Source: Gemmatimonadota bacterium
GTDB taxonomy: Bacteria; Gemmatimonadota; Gemmatimonadetes; Palauibacterales; KS3-K002
Assembly: GCA_039586755.1 (NCBI GenBank)
Contig: JBDHJU010000011.1
Location: forward strand, 14,412 to 78,411
Length of the DNA stretch: 64,000 bases
Direction: 5' to 3'
Part shown: positions 37,785 to 47,797 of the stretch, in pieces
Position numbering within the stretch: the first letter of the stretch is position 1
Layout of the letters: each line of letters opens with the position of its first letter
Made by a program: the position numbers and the translations under genes
The notes under the pieces: model-generated
The model's database searches: none
What the model saw: only the letters and a program-made list of their open reading frames with translations
Told to the model about the DNA's origin: nothing

Positions 37785-39095
37785 ATGAGGCGAAGGGGCT
37801 TGACGGCAATCGGCATCGCCGCGTTGGCCGTCCCGTTGCTGGCGGCCGCTGGGTCGGCGGTCATTCTCGATTGCGGGCCGGCGCGGTCCGCTCCCCAGGA
37901 GGAAGCCGGGCGGTCCAAGATCCGTGTCGACGGCGAGTACGGCCTCTGGGTGCGGGAGATCGGTGACTCGTTGCAGATGCGCTGGTTTACACGGGAACAC
38001 GGTGTGGGGTACCTGGAAGTGGTCGTCGACGGCGGAGCGGTCTACGGGGTCGAGACCGAGCCCAGCACGGCCCACGCCGCGTCGTTTCCTAAGCCGGCCG
38101 CACCCGAGCTGACGCTGCGCTACGGTGGTCGCGGGGATCCGCAGGACGCGCACGAGACGGTCATCTACTTCGACCTGCCGCAACGCCCGATCGAGACAGA
38201 GTTCGAGGGCGTCGACACGCTCTTCGTCGTCGGTGATGTCCACGGTCAGTACGACACGCTCACCGCGCTGTTTCGCAACGCCGGCCTCATCGACGGCGAC
38301 GATCGCTGGACCGGCGGCCACAAATGGATCGTGCTGCTCGGCGACCTGGTCGATCGCGGGCCCGATGTCCACAAGGTCTTGTGGTTTCTGTACGAGCTGG
38401 AGCGCGACGCGACGCGACAGGGCGGCCGCGTCCAGGTCCTGTTGGGCAATCACGAGATCATGGCGATGAGCGACGACCCCCGGTACGTGTCGGCGAAAGA
38501 GAGGCTGATCGCCCAGAATCACGGCGTCGCATACTGGCAGCTGTTCGACCCGCGAAGCTCGATTCTCGGGAAGTGGCTTGCATCGAAACCGGCGCTGATC
38601 AGAATCGACAGGGTGGTACTAGCGCACGGTGGTGTCGGTCCCGAGTACATGGCCTACTCGATCCCCGAGTTCGACGACTCGCTGGGGCTGTTCATGAGCG
38701 AGGAGTGGTTCTACCGCATGGCCGACAGCACAGCTGCTTACACCCCACTGGACTCGGTGACGCTCTTCCGTCGCATCGACTTCTTCTTCGACGAAAACAG
38801 CGTCTTCTGGTATCGGGGCTACATGCATACCGATACCCTCTATACCGATAGCCTCGCGTCAGTACTCCAGCAGGTTCTCGAGCGGCACGACAGCGACCTC
38901 CACGTGGTCGGCCACACGGCGGTCGATTCGATCCAGACAATGTACGATGGATCTTTGGTCGCTGTGGACCTGAAGGAAGCGGCAACGGAGATGCTCCTCC
39001 TGGTACGCAGTCCCGAGAGTTACGAGCGGTATCGCTATACTTTGTCGGGGCCGCCGCAGCCGCTCGAGATCCCCGTCGCCGCCGGCGGCGGGTAG
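37785..39095 (+). CDS. Secreted PPP-family metallophosphoesterase (Ser/Thr-type phosphoprotein phosphatase, ApaH/Shelph-like)
   Basis: Signal peptide MRRRGLTAIGIAALAVPLLAAAGS. Motifs GDVHGQ, GDLVDRG, GNHE in canonical order and spacing. Starts 11 nt after the paralog-2 stop with a GGGAG RBS. Confidence 0.75.
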   Translation: MRRRGLTAIGIAALAVPLLAAAGSAVILDCGPARSAPQEEAGRSKIRVDGEYGLWVREIGDSLQMRWFTREHGVGYLEVVVDGGAVYGVETEPSTAHAASFPKPAAPELTLRYGGRGDPQDAHETVIYFDLPQRPIETEFEGVDTLFVVGDVHGQYDTLTALFRNAGLIDGDDRWTGGHKWIVLLGDLVDRGPDVHKVLWFLYELERDATRQGGRVQVLLGNHEIMAMSDDPRYVSAKERLIAQNHGVAYWQLFDPRSSILGKWLASKPALIRIDRVVLAHGGVGPEYMAYSIPEFDDSLGLFMSEEWFYRMADSTAAYTPLDSVTLFRRIDFFFDENSVFWYRGYMHTDTLYTDSLASVLQQVLERHDSDLHVVGHTAVDSIQTMYDGSLVAVDLKEAATEMLLLVRSPESYERYRYTLSGPPQPLEIPVAAGGG

Positions 39096-39245
39096 CTCTT
39101 CCACCAGACCCACCGGACTCACGTTGGTCGAGGTATAGGCGCAGCCGAACGAACCACGAAACCGCCCATGGCGTCGGGTCGTAGAGGGCCCTAAGGTTCA
39201 CACCCGGGAGCCCCACCCATCTCAGTGCCTTTCGGTTGAGGTGAT

Positions 39246-41417
39246 ATGTACCCTTCTGCGGTGGGGCGCGTTCTTCTACTCCTGTCACTGGCGAGCGGGG
39301 CGATCACCCCGGCACAGACCCAGGAGCCGCTTCGTCCCCTGCGCACCGATGATCCGCCGGTGATCGATGGCGACCTGGCAGACCCGGTGTGGCAGGAGGC
39401 CCCCCAGCTTTCCGAGTTCATGACGTGGGCGCCGGACTACGGCAAAGAGATGCTCGGCGCGACAACGGTATACATGGCTCACGATGCGTCGAACCTCTAC
39501 TTCGCCTTTCGCTCCTTCGACGCCGAGCCCGAGAAGATCAAGACGTCGATCACCAGCCGGGACAACATATGGCGGGAAGATTGGGTCGCCATCAACCTCG
39601 ACTCGTTCAACGATCAGCAATCGCTCTACGCGCTTTACATCAATCCGCACGGCATCCAGGCGGACAGCCGCTATGCCGCAGGCCACGAGGACCGCAGCTT
39701 CGATCTGGTCTGGTACAGTGCCGGCCGAGTGGACGAGGCCGGGTACACCGTCGAGGTGCAGATACCGCTCAAGAGCATCCGCTACGCCGAGGGAGACTCG
39801 GTCAGCATGGGGGTCATCTTCGAGCGCCACATCAGCCGCCGCTCGGAGTATGGCAGTTGCCCGCCACTCGATCCGAATCAGCAGGAGTGGCTCACTCAGA
39901 TGGCGCCGATGGTCTTCCACGACCTCGAGCGCTCGAAGCTGTTGGAAGTGATTCCGGCCGCGACTTACGCGTACAGCGAGGCGCTGGAGGAGGGCGGGCT
40001 GGCCACTGACGAGCGGCAGGGCGAGCTCAGCCTGACCGCCAAATACGGCGTCACCTCGGACCTGATCTTGGACGGTACCTACAATCCCGACTTCAGCCAG
40101 GTCGAAGCCGATGCCGGGCAGGTAGATGTCAACCTGCGCTACCAACTCTACTTTCCCGAGAAGCGGCCGTTCTTTCTCGAGGCGCGCGAGAACTTCACCG
40201 TCGCCGCCACCGCATCATCGGAGAGGGATCCCGTTCAGTCGATCGTCTACACCAGGACGATCGTCGATCCCGTCGCCGGGTTCAGGCTGTCGGGCAAGCT
40301 CGGTGCCAAGAACACCGTGGCCTCGATCTACGCGGCTGACCAGCTGCCGGAACCCGAGCCTGCGTCGGGCGCCGGTTACGCCCACTTCCCCATACTGCGG
40401 TACAAGCGGACGCTAAACGAGGACAGCTACGTCGGGGGTATCATCGCCGGCCGTGAACTGCGGCATCAATACAACCGTTTGGCAGGAGTCGACGGTCAGC
40501 TGCGTGTCAGCGATTCCAGCATGCTCGGGTTTCACGGCCTCTTCTCTTGGGCCCGGCAGAGTCTCGCGACCCTGGCGGTAGAGGGACGGTCCCTCAGTGC
40601 ACAGTACTCGCACGGGACCCGCGACCTCGACTACGGCCTGGCCGTGAACGACGTCTCAGAGGATTTCCGTGCCGAGATGGGTTACGTGATCCGTACGGGG
40701 ATACTCCAGTTCAGTGGCCTGCTCAAACCGAAGATCTACCCGAACTCGAACGTCCTGCGACGGATCGACATCGAGCTTTTCTCGGCTCAGACCGAGGACA
40801 GGTTCAGCGGGCTATGGGAGACGTTCAATCACGTCTCGATGCTGAACCGCCTTTGGGGAAGCCTGACCCTCAAGCTGAAATACTCGTATTCGACTGAGAT
40901 CTTCCTCGGTCAGCGATTCCGGACCGGTGGGTTCCACGTATTCGGCGGCGGCCAGTTTACCCGGCAGCTCTATTTGGGAGTCCTCTACAGGAACGTCGGG
41001 TCGATCTTCTACTCGGAAGACCCGTATCAGGGTCGCAGCAACGTGTTGCGGGCCGACCTCGTCTATCAGCCGTCGGACAAACTGCGTTCCGAGCTGAGCT
41101 TCACTTACAGTGACTTCTATCGGGAGTCGGACGGACAGAAGATCTATAACTACCCGATCGTTTGGGGAAAACTGACTTACCAGTTCAACAAGTATCTCTT
41201 CCTGCGCGGGATCCTCGAGTACAACGACTTCCGGGATGAGATGCTCACCGACCTCTTGGTTTCCTTTACCTACATTCCGGGCACCGTGATCCACATCGGC
41301 TATGGCGCTCTCTTGGACAAGATCGAATGGAGGAACGGCGAATACGTGGAGGGTGACAGGTTCCGCCAGACCCGGAGGCGATTCTTCTTCAAGGCGTCGT
41401 ATCTCTGGCGGATCTAG
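39246..41417 (+). CDS. DUF5916 / CBM9-like domain outer-membrane-associated protein (723 aa)
   Basis: Signal peptide. PPVIDGDLADPVWQEAPQLSEFMTWAPDYGKE...YFAFRSFD (CBM9-like N-domain). Long beta-rich C-terminal region. Confidence 0.55.
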   Translation: MYPSAVGRVLLLLSLASGAITPAQTQEPLRPLRTDDPPVIDGDLADPVWQEAPQLSEFMTWAPDYGKEMLGATTVYMAHDASNLYFAFRSFDAEPEKIKTSITSRDNIWREDWVAINLDSFNDQQSLYALYINPHGIQADSRYAAGHEDRSFDLVWYSAGRVDEAGYTVEVQIPLKSIRYAEGDSVSMGVIFERHISRRSEYGSCPPLDPNQQEWLTQMAPMVFHDLERSKLLEVIPAATYAYSEALEEGGLATDERQGELSLTAKYGVTSDLILDGTYNPDFSQVEADAGQVDVNLRYQLYFPEKRPFFLEARENFTVAATASSERDPVQSIVYTRTIVDPVAGFRLSGKLGAKNTVASIYAADQLPEPEPASGAGYAHFPILRYKRTLNEDSYVGGIIAGRELRHQYNRLAGVDGQLRVSDSSMLGFHGLFSWARQSLATLAVEGRSLSAQYSHGTRDLDYGLAVNDVSEDFRAEMGYVIRTGILQFSGLLKPKIYPNSNVLRRIDIELFSAQTEDRFSGLWETFNHVSMLNRLWGSLTLKLKYSYSTEIFLGQRFRTGGFHVFGGGQFTRQLYLGVLYRNVGSIFYSEDPYQGRSNVLRADLVYQPSDKLRSELSFTYSDFYRESDGQKIYNYPIVWGKLTYQFNKYLFLRGILEYNDFRDEMLTDLLVSFTYIPGTVIHIGYGALLDKIEWRNGEYVEGDRFRQTRRRFFFKASYLWRI

Positions 41418-41719
41418 CCGCCAACCCTGGCCTCCGATGGACTGTCCAACTGTGGCGAAGGGCCGGGTGAGGGCCTGGCTGTGGCGGCCAGGGCGTTGCT
41501 TGACCCACCGAACCAGGTGTCCGATTATGGGACTGGCCGATCCCACAGGCAGACACCCGGCGGCAGCTCCGGGGCCCGGATATCCTGGAATCTGTTGGGC
41601 TTCAGGCGTGCCGGGACGGTGCGGGCCTTGGCACGGATCTTCCCCCTACGAATCCGCACGAGGGTTAGATCCGTATGAGAGACTGAAGGTATGGGTTTCA
41701 CCTCACAGGGGTGACTTAA

Positions 41720-42964
41720 TTGGATATCAAGCGGGAACCGCGGCCGAAGACAAAGCGCTGGGTTTACCTTGGCGTTGGGATCGTCGCGGTCGTCGTGATC
41801 ACGGTGGCCCTGGGTCGGTTGGGGCCTGCCGCCCCCGGCGTCGACCGGTCGAGTGTTTGGACCGACGTGGTAAAGCGGGGCGAGATGGTGCGGCAGGTCC
41901 GTGGCCCGGGGAACCTGGTCTCGGAGCAGGTGCGCTACATCGCGGCGCTGACGGCCGGGCGCGTCGAGCGTAGGTTTGTGGAGCCCGGGGCCGTGGTGGA
42001 TAGTGCGACGGTGCTGCTGGTGCTCAGCAATCCCGACGTCGAGATCCAGGCGCTGGACGCGCAGCGTCAGCTGACCGCGGAAGAAGCCCGCCTCGTGGAT
42101 CTGCGGACGCGGCTGGAGAACCAGCGGCTGAGCCAGGAAGGGTTGGTGGCGACGGTCCACGCCCAGTACCAGGAGTCGATGCGAAACGTCGCCCGGGACG
42201 AAGAGCTCGCGGGAAGAGGCCTGCTCTCGGATATCGACCTGCAGACCTCCCGCGACAGGGCGGAGGAACTGGAGAAGCGGTGGGACATCGAACAGCAGCG
42301 GTTGGCCGTGATGACTGACGCGGTGGAGACCCAACTTTCGGCGCAACGGGCCCAGGTCGAGTGGCTGCGCTCGATCGCCGTGTTCAAGGAAAACCTTGTA
42401 AGCTCGATGATAGTGGTGGCCGGTGTGTCGGGTGTGCTGGCCGACCTGCAGTGGGAACCAGGCCAGTGGGTGAGGCCGGGGGACGAGCTGGCGCGGATCG
42501 TACAGCCCGGCCGGCTGAGGGCGGAGGTGCGGATCCCCGAGACCCAGGCACGCGACGTGGCGATCGGGCAGCTGGCGCTGATCGACACGCGCCCCGACAC
42601 GGTTATGGGGCGAGTGATGCGGATCGATCCCGCGGTTGCGGGCGGCAGCGTGACCGTCGATGTGCGGCTCGAGGGCGAGTTGCCGAAGGAAGCGCGTCCG
42701 GATCTAAGCATCGACGGAACCATCGAGATCGAGCGCCTGACCGATGTCCTCTACGTGTCGCGGCCGACGTACGGGCAGCCGAACAGCTTGGTCGGGCTGT
42801 TCAAGGTCGTCGAAGACGGGAACGCCGCCGTGCGGGTCAGGGTGCGACTGGGCCGCGCATCGGTCAATACGATAGAGATCATTGAAGGCTTGATTGAGGG
42901 TGACGAGGTTATCGTGAGTGACATGTCGACCTGGGACGAGTACGACCGGGTACGACTGCGGTAG
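41720..42964 (+). CDS. HlyD/MacA-family periplasmic adaptor (membrane fusion protein)
   Basis: N-terminal TM. Coiled-coil region (EIQALDAQRQLTAEEARLVDLRTRLENQRLSQE). Beta-barrel and lipoyl-like segments. Confidence 0.75.
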   Translation: MDIKREPRPKTKRWVYLGVGIVAVVVITVALGRLGPAAPGVDRSSVWTDVVKRGEMVRQVRGPGNLVSEQVRYIAALTAGRVERRFVEPGAVVDSATVLLVLSNPDVEIQALDAQRQLTAEEARLVDLRTRLENQRLSQEGLVATVHAQYQESMRNVARDEELAGRGLLSDIDLQTSRDRAEELEKRWDIEQQRLAVMTDAVETQLSAQRAQVEWLRSIAVFKENLVSSMIVVAGVSGVLADLQWEPGQWVRPGDELARIVQPGRLRAEVRIPETQARDVAIGQLALIDTRPDTVMGRVMRIDPAVAGGSVTVDVRLEGELPKEARPDLSIDGTIEIERLTDVLYVSRPTYGQPNSLVGLFKVVEDGNAAVRVRVRLGRASVNTIEIIEGLIEGDEVIVSDMSTWDEYDRVRLR

Positions 42965-42994
42965 TGAACTCGAAACGAGAGCGAAGACAGAACA

Positions 42995-43732
<738 letters not shown>

Positions 43733-43807
43733 AGAGATCCCCTTTCTAGGCACGCTGCTCCACTAGGTGGATTCGTGTGCCCGGAGGGACCGTAGGAAGG
43801 CATCCGC

Positions 43808-45181
43808 GTGAGCCAACCGTCCGCTTGCTACCGCGTACTCATCGCCGATGACCAGCCCGACGTGCTGCAGGCTCTTCGCCTGCTGCTGAAGGGCGAGGGC
43901 TTCGAGATCGAGACCGCCACTTCACCGGCCGGCGTCCTGTCGGCAGTCGAGGCGCAGGACTTCGATGCCGTCCTCCTCGACCTCAATTACAGCCGCGATA
44001 CGACCTCGGGCCGCGAAGGCCTCGATCTGCTGGCCACGGTTCAGGTGCTCGACGACACGCTGCCCGTCATCGTGATGACCGCTTGGGCTAGCGTGGAAAC
44101 GGCGGTGGAGGCGATGCGGCGCGGCGCCCGCGACTACGTACAGAAACCGTGGGACAACGCGCGCCTGCTCACCACCTTGAGCACCCAGGTCGAGCTGGGA
44201 CGGGCGCTGCGCAAGGGTCAACGGCTAGAGCACGAGAACCTGCGACTGAGAAGGCAGGAGCTGCCCGGACTGATCGCCGAATCGCGCGCGATGCAACCGG
44301 TGCTCGAAATCATGGAGCGGGTCGCCGCATCGGATGCCAACGTCCTGATCAGCGGTGAGCACGGGACCGGCAAGGACGTGGTGGCAAGGTGGCTGCACGT
44401 GGCCTCCGATCGGGCGGCCAAGCCACTCGTTACGATAAACGCTGGCGGCATCTCCGAGACGCTGTTTGCCAGTGAACTGTTCGGGCATGTGAAGGGCGCG
44501 TTCACCGACGCCAAGTCCGACCGCATCGGCTGCTTCGAGCTGGCACATAGCGGAACACTCTTTCTGGATGAAATTGCCAACGTCCCCATCCAGCAGCAGG
44601 CCAAGCTGTTGCGTGTGCTCGAGACCGGCGAACTACAACGCGTCGGTTCATCGAAGACACGTCAGGTAGATGTCCGACTCCTATCGGCCACCAACGCGAA
44701 CATCTTCGAAGAGGTCGCCGAGGGGCGGTTCCGCGAGGACCTTCTATATCGGCTCAATACGGTTGAGATCGAGCTTCCTCCGCTGCGCGATCGGCGCGAG
44801 GATATTTCCCTACTGGCCAACAACTTCCTCCTGCGGATGGCCGAGCGGTATCGCAAGCCAGTTGAGCGCTTCGAGGCCGACGCGATGCAGGCGTTGCTGG
44901 AGCACACGTGGCCGGGCAACGTGCGTGAGCTCGAGCACGTGATCGAGCGCGCCGTCTTGATGGCGCGTGGAGCGGCGATCCGAGCCTCCGATTTGGGGCT
45001 GCGTTCGAGAAGCGACGGGGCCGCGCAGCTCGAGGAGATGAAACTGGAGGAGGCGGAGCGTTATCTTATCCAGAGGGCGCTCGAGCGGCATGGCGGCAAT
45101 GTGAGCCAGGCGGCTGCGGCGCTCGGCCTCAGCCGCAGCGCCCTATACCGGCGCCTCCAGCGCTACGACCTTCCACATTAG
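43808..45181 (+). CDS. Sigma-54-dependent response regulator (REC + AAA+ sigma-54 activator + HTH), NtrC family
   Basis: REC (LIADDQPDV...LLDLNY). AAA+ (ISGEHGTGKDVVA, GAFTDA, ...). C-terminal HTH AAALGLSRSALYRRLQRY. Confidence 0.85.
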   Translation: MSQPSACYRVLIADDQPDVLQALRLLLKGEGFEIETATSPAGVLSAVEAQDFDAVLLDLNYSRDTTSGREGLDLLATVQVLDDTLPVIVMTAWASVETAVEAMRRGARDYVQKPWDNARLLTTLSTQVELGRALRKGQRLEHENLRLRRQELPGLIAESRAMQPVLEIMERVAASDANVLISGEHGTGKDVVARWLHVASDRAAKPLVTINAGGISETLFASELFGHVKGAFTDAKSDRIGCFELAHSGTLFLDEIANVPIQQQAKLLRVLETGELQRVGSSKTRQVDVRLLSATNANIFEEVAEGRFREDLLYRLNTVEIELPPLRDRREDISLLANNFLLRMAERYRKPVERFEADAMQALLEHTWPGNVRELEHVIERAVLMARGAAIRASDLGLRSRSDGAAQLEEMKLEEAERYLIQRALERHGGNVSQAAAALGLSRSALYRRLQRYDLPH

Positions 45182-45195
45182 AGCAGAAACGGCGG

Positions 45196-46512
45196 ATGAT
45201 AAGATTGCGCCACGAACAGCGCATACTCGTTATGACGCTGATCGCCGGGCTACCGGGTACGCTCGTGGCGACGATCTTGCTCTGGATAGGAGATTTCTCG
45301 ACCAAAGTCCAATGGACCTTCACGCTGTTGGTCGCCTCCATCTGGTTGGGGTACGCGTTCGCGGTGAGGGAGCGCGTCATCCGTCCTCTGCAGACACTCT
45401 CGAACATGCTCGCCGGTTTACGCGAGGGCGACTATTCCATCAGGGCAAGGCGCAGTAGTCCGAGAGGCCCGCTGGGACTCGCCATGCTGGAGGCGAACAT
45501 CCTCGGCGAAACGCTTCGCGAGCAGCGGCTCGGGGCCCTGGAGGCGACGGCGCTCTTGCGTCGCGTGATGGAAGAAATCGATGTGGCGGTCTTCGCGTTC
45601 GATGCGGAAGGCCGACTGCGGCTCGCCAATCGAGCTGCCGAGCGCCTGCTGGATCAGCCGCTGGAAAGGCTGATCGGCCGCGATGCGGGTTCGCTGGGCC
45701 TCTCCCGACCGCTGGAGGAAAATCCCGGGACCATGGACCTGACCTTCCAGGGCCGCCTGGGTCGCTGGGACGTGCGGCAGACGACGTTCCGTCAGGGCGG
45801 CGTGCCCCACCGGTTGTTAGTGCTGGCCGACCTCAGCCAGGCGCTGCGGCAGGAGGAGCGCCAGGCCTGGAAGCGCCTCATCCGTGTGTTGAGCCATGAG
45901 ATCAATAACTCGCTGGCCCCGATCAAGTCGACGGCGGAGAGCCTACTGAGCCTGACGCGTCGTGAGCCGAAGCCCGCCGACCTGGACGAGGACGTGGAGC
46001 AGGGGCTCAAAGTGATCGCCGGCCGCTCAGAGGCGCTGAGCCGCTTCATGGCCTCGTACGCCGACCTGGCGCGGCTGCCGCCGCCGGAGCTCGGTCCGGT
46101 CGAGGTCGGGGCCTGGGTTCGACGGATCGCCGAGCTCGAGACGCGCCTGCCGGTCACCGTCCGTGACGGGCCCGAACTGACGATCCTCGCCGATGGAGAC
46201 CAGCTCGACCAGCTGCTCATCAACCTGGTCAGGAACGGCGTGGATGCGGCGCTGGAAACGGGCGGCGCCGTGGAGGTTGGCTGGCGACGTAACGGGGGTA
46301 CGCTGGAAGTGTGGGTGCGGGATGAGGGTCCCGGGCTGTCCGAGACCAAGAATCTGTTTGTCCCCTTCTACAGCACCCGGCAGGGCGGTTCGGGGATCGG
46401 CCTCGTCCTCAGCCGCCAGATCGCCGAGGGCCACGGCGGGACCCTCGAGTTGCATAATCGGAGGGACCGTAGCGGCTGCGTTGCCATGCTGACGTTGCCG
46501 GAGGGTAGCTAG
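45196..46512 (+). CDS. Sensor histidine kinase (TM + HAMP/PAS-like + HisKA + HATPase_c), partner of the NtrC-like regulator
   Basis: H-box LSHEINNSLAPIKS. N-box LINLVRNGVDAA. G1 RDEGPGL. G2 GSGIGLVLSRQIAEGHGG. Confidence 0.85.
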   Translation: MIRLRHEQRILVMTLIAGLPGTLVATILLWIGDFSTKVQWTFTLLVASIWLGYAFAVRERVIRPLQTLSNMLAGLREGDYSIRARRSSPRGPLGLAMLEANILGETLREQRLGALEATALLRRVMEEIDVAVFAFDAEGRLRLANRAAERLLDQPLERLIGRDAGSLGLSRPLEENPGTMDLTFQGRLGRWDVRQTTFRQGGVPHRLLVLADLSQALRQEERQAWKRLIRVLSHEINNSLAPIKSTAESLLSLTRREPKPADLDEDVEQGLKVIAGRSEALSRFMASYADLARLPPPELGPVEVGAWVRRIAELETRLPVTVRDGPELTILADGDQLDQLLINLVRNGVDAALETGGAVEVGWRRNGGTLEVWVRDEGPGLSETKNLFVPFYSTRQGGSGIGLVLSRQIAEGHGGTLELHNRRDRSGCVAMLTLPEGS

Positions 46513-47726
46513 CCCGTCAGCACTTCCTCTCCATCCAGCCGCGCCACGATTACCGAGCCGCAAGAATCACTGAGCACGTTAACCGTGGTGCGGAACATGT
46601 CGAGGACTCGGTCAACCGCCAGAATTATCCCCACACCTTCGAGCGGCAATCCCACGGCGGCAAGTATGATCGACATCATCACCAGACCCGACATGGGCAC
46701 ACTGGCTGCGCCGATCGACGCGAGCAGCGCCGTGACGACGATGATCAGCTGCTGGTCGAAGGAGAGCGCAAAGCCGTAGACCTGTGCGATGAAGATCACG
46801 GCGACGCATTCGTAGAGCGCCGTACCATCCATGTTGACTGTCGCGCCGATCGGGAGCACGAACGAGGCGATCTTTTCTGACACTTTCGAGTTGTCGGTCA
46901 CCGCCTCCATCGTGAGCGGCAGCGTCACTATGGTGGAACAGGTAGAGAAGGCGGTCACCAAGGGCGGTGGCATCCCTTTGTAGTGTCGCCAGGGATTCTT
47001 GCGCGTCACGAGATAAACGAGCAATGGCAGCGTCACGCTGGCATGGATGAAGAGCCCGATTAGAACGACGACGAAGTAGAAGCCCAACGACCGAAACGCC
47101 TCGAAGCCCGTCGTCGCCACGATCGTGGCGTTTATTCCGAAGACGCCCAGCGGCGCCGACCAGATCACCAGTCGCGTCATCTTCATCATCGCCTGGAATG
47201 CCGCCTGAAACAAATCCCCCAACTGCGTTCGCTGCGGTTCCTTCAGCTGCGTGATGAAGTAGCCGAACAGGATGCAGAAGAATATCACCGGAAGAACATC
47301 GCCTTCGGCCAGCGACTGGAACGGGTTCTCCGGGATGATCCGTAGTATGAGGTCCTTGACACTCTGTTGTGCGGCCGGGATCTCGGTGACGGCTTCAGTG
47401 AGCTGGATGGCCGACCCGGCGCCGGGCCTGAAGATGTTCACCAGGATCTGGCCGGTCAGTATCGCCAGCAGGCTGCTAGTGACGTAGTATGCGAAGGTCT
47501 GCGCGCCCAGCAGGCCCAGGTTCTTCCGCTCGCCGACGCTGACGACCGCCGCGGTCAGAGATGTGATGATCAGCGGCATGATCGCCATGCGGAGGAGCCT
47601 GAGAAACACGTCGGACAAAGGCTCGGCTACCGGTACGATCGCTTCGCCGAACAGCTTACCGGCGAGCATACCGGCGAAGAGGCCGACGAATATCCAGAAT
47701 GTCAGCGATCTATAGGGGATCCTCAT
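46509..47726 (-). CDS. Dicarboxylate/amino-acid:cation symporter (DAACS, GltP/DctA-like)
   Basis: 405 aa polytopic. ...AAVGLPLEGVGIILAVDRVLDMFRTTVNV... is typical of sodium:dicarboxylate symporter family C-termini. Confidence 0.75.
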   Translation of the reverse strand: MRIPYRSLTFWIFVGLFAGMLAGKLFGEAIVPVAEPLSDVFLRLLRMAIMPLIITSLTAAVVSVGERKNLGLLGAQTFAYYVTSSLLAILTGQILVNIFRPGAGSAIQLTEAVTEIPAAQQSVKDLILRIIPENPFQSLAEGDVLPVIFFCILFGYFITQLKEPQRTQLGDLFQAAFQAMMKMTRLVIWSAPLGVFGINATIVATTGFEAFRSLGFYFVVVLIGLFIHASVTLPLLVYLVTRKNPWRHYKGMPPPLVTAFSTCSTIVTLPLTMEAVTDNSKVSEKIASFVLPIGATVNMDGTALYECVAVIFIAQVYGFALSFDQQLIIVVTALLASIGAASVPMSGLVMMSIILAAVGLPLEGVGIILAVDRVLDMFRTTVNVLSDSCGSVIVARLDGEEVLTG

Positions 47727-47797
47727 AGCCGCGTAATCTGCAGCGCCGTGGCCTGTTAGGAAACCACCGGCGCTCTAGCCCCACCGGGAGGTCAGCC

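Noticed and set aside
41470-41510. Hairpin GGCCTGGC-N-GCCAGGGC downstream of the DUF5916 gene as an intrinsic terminator
   Set aside because: Imperfect 7/8 stem and no following U-tract. Too weak to call.
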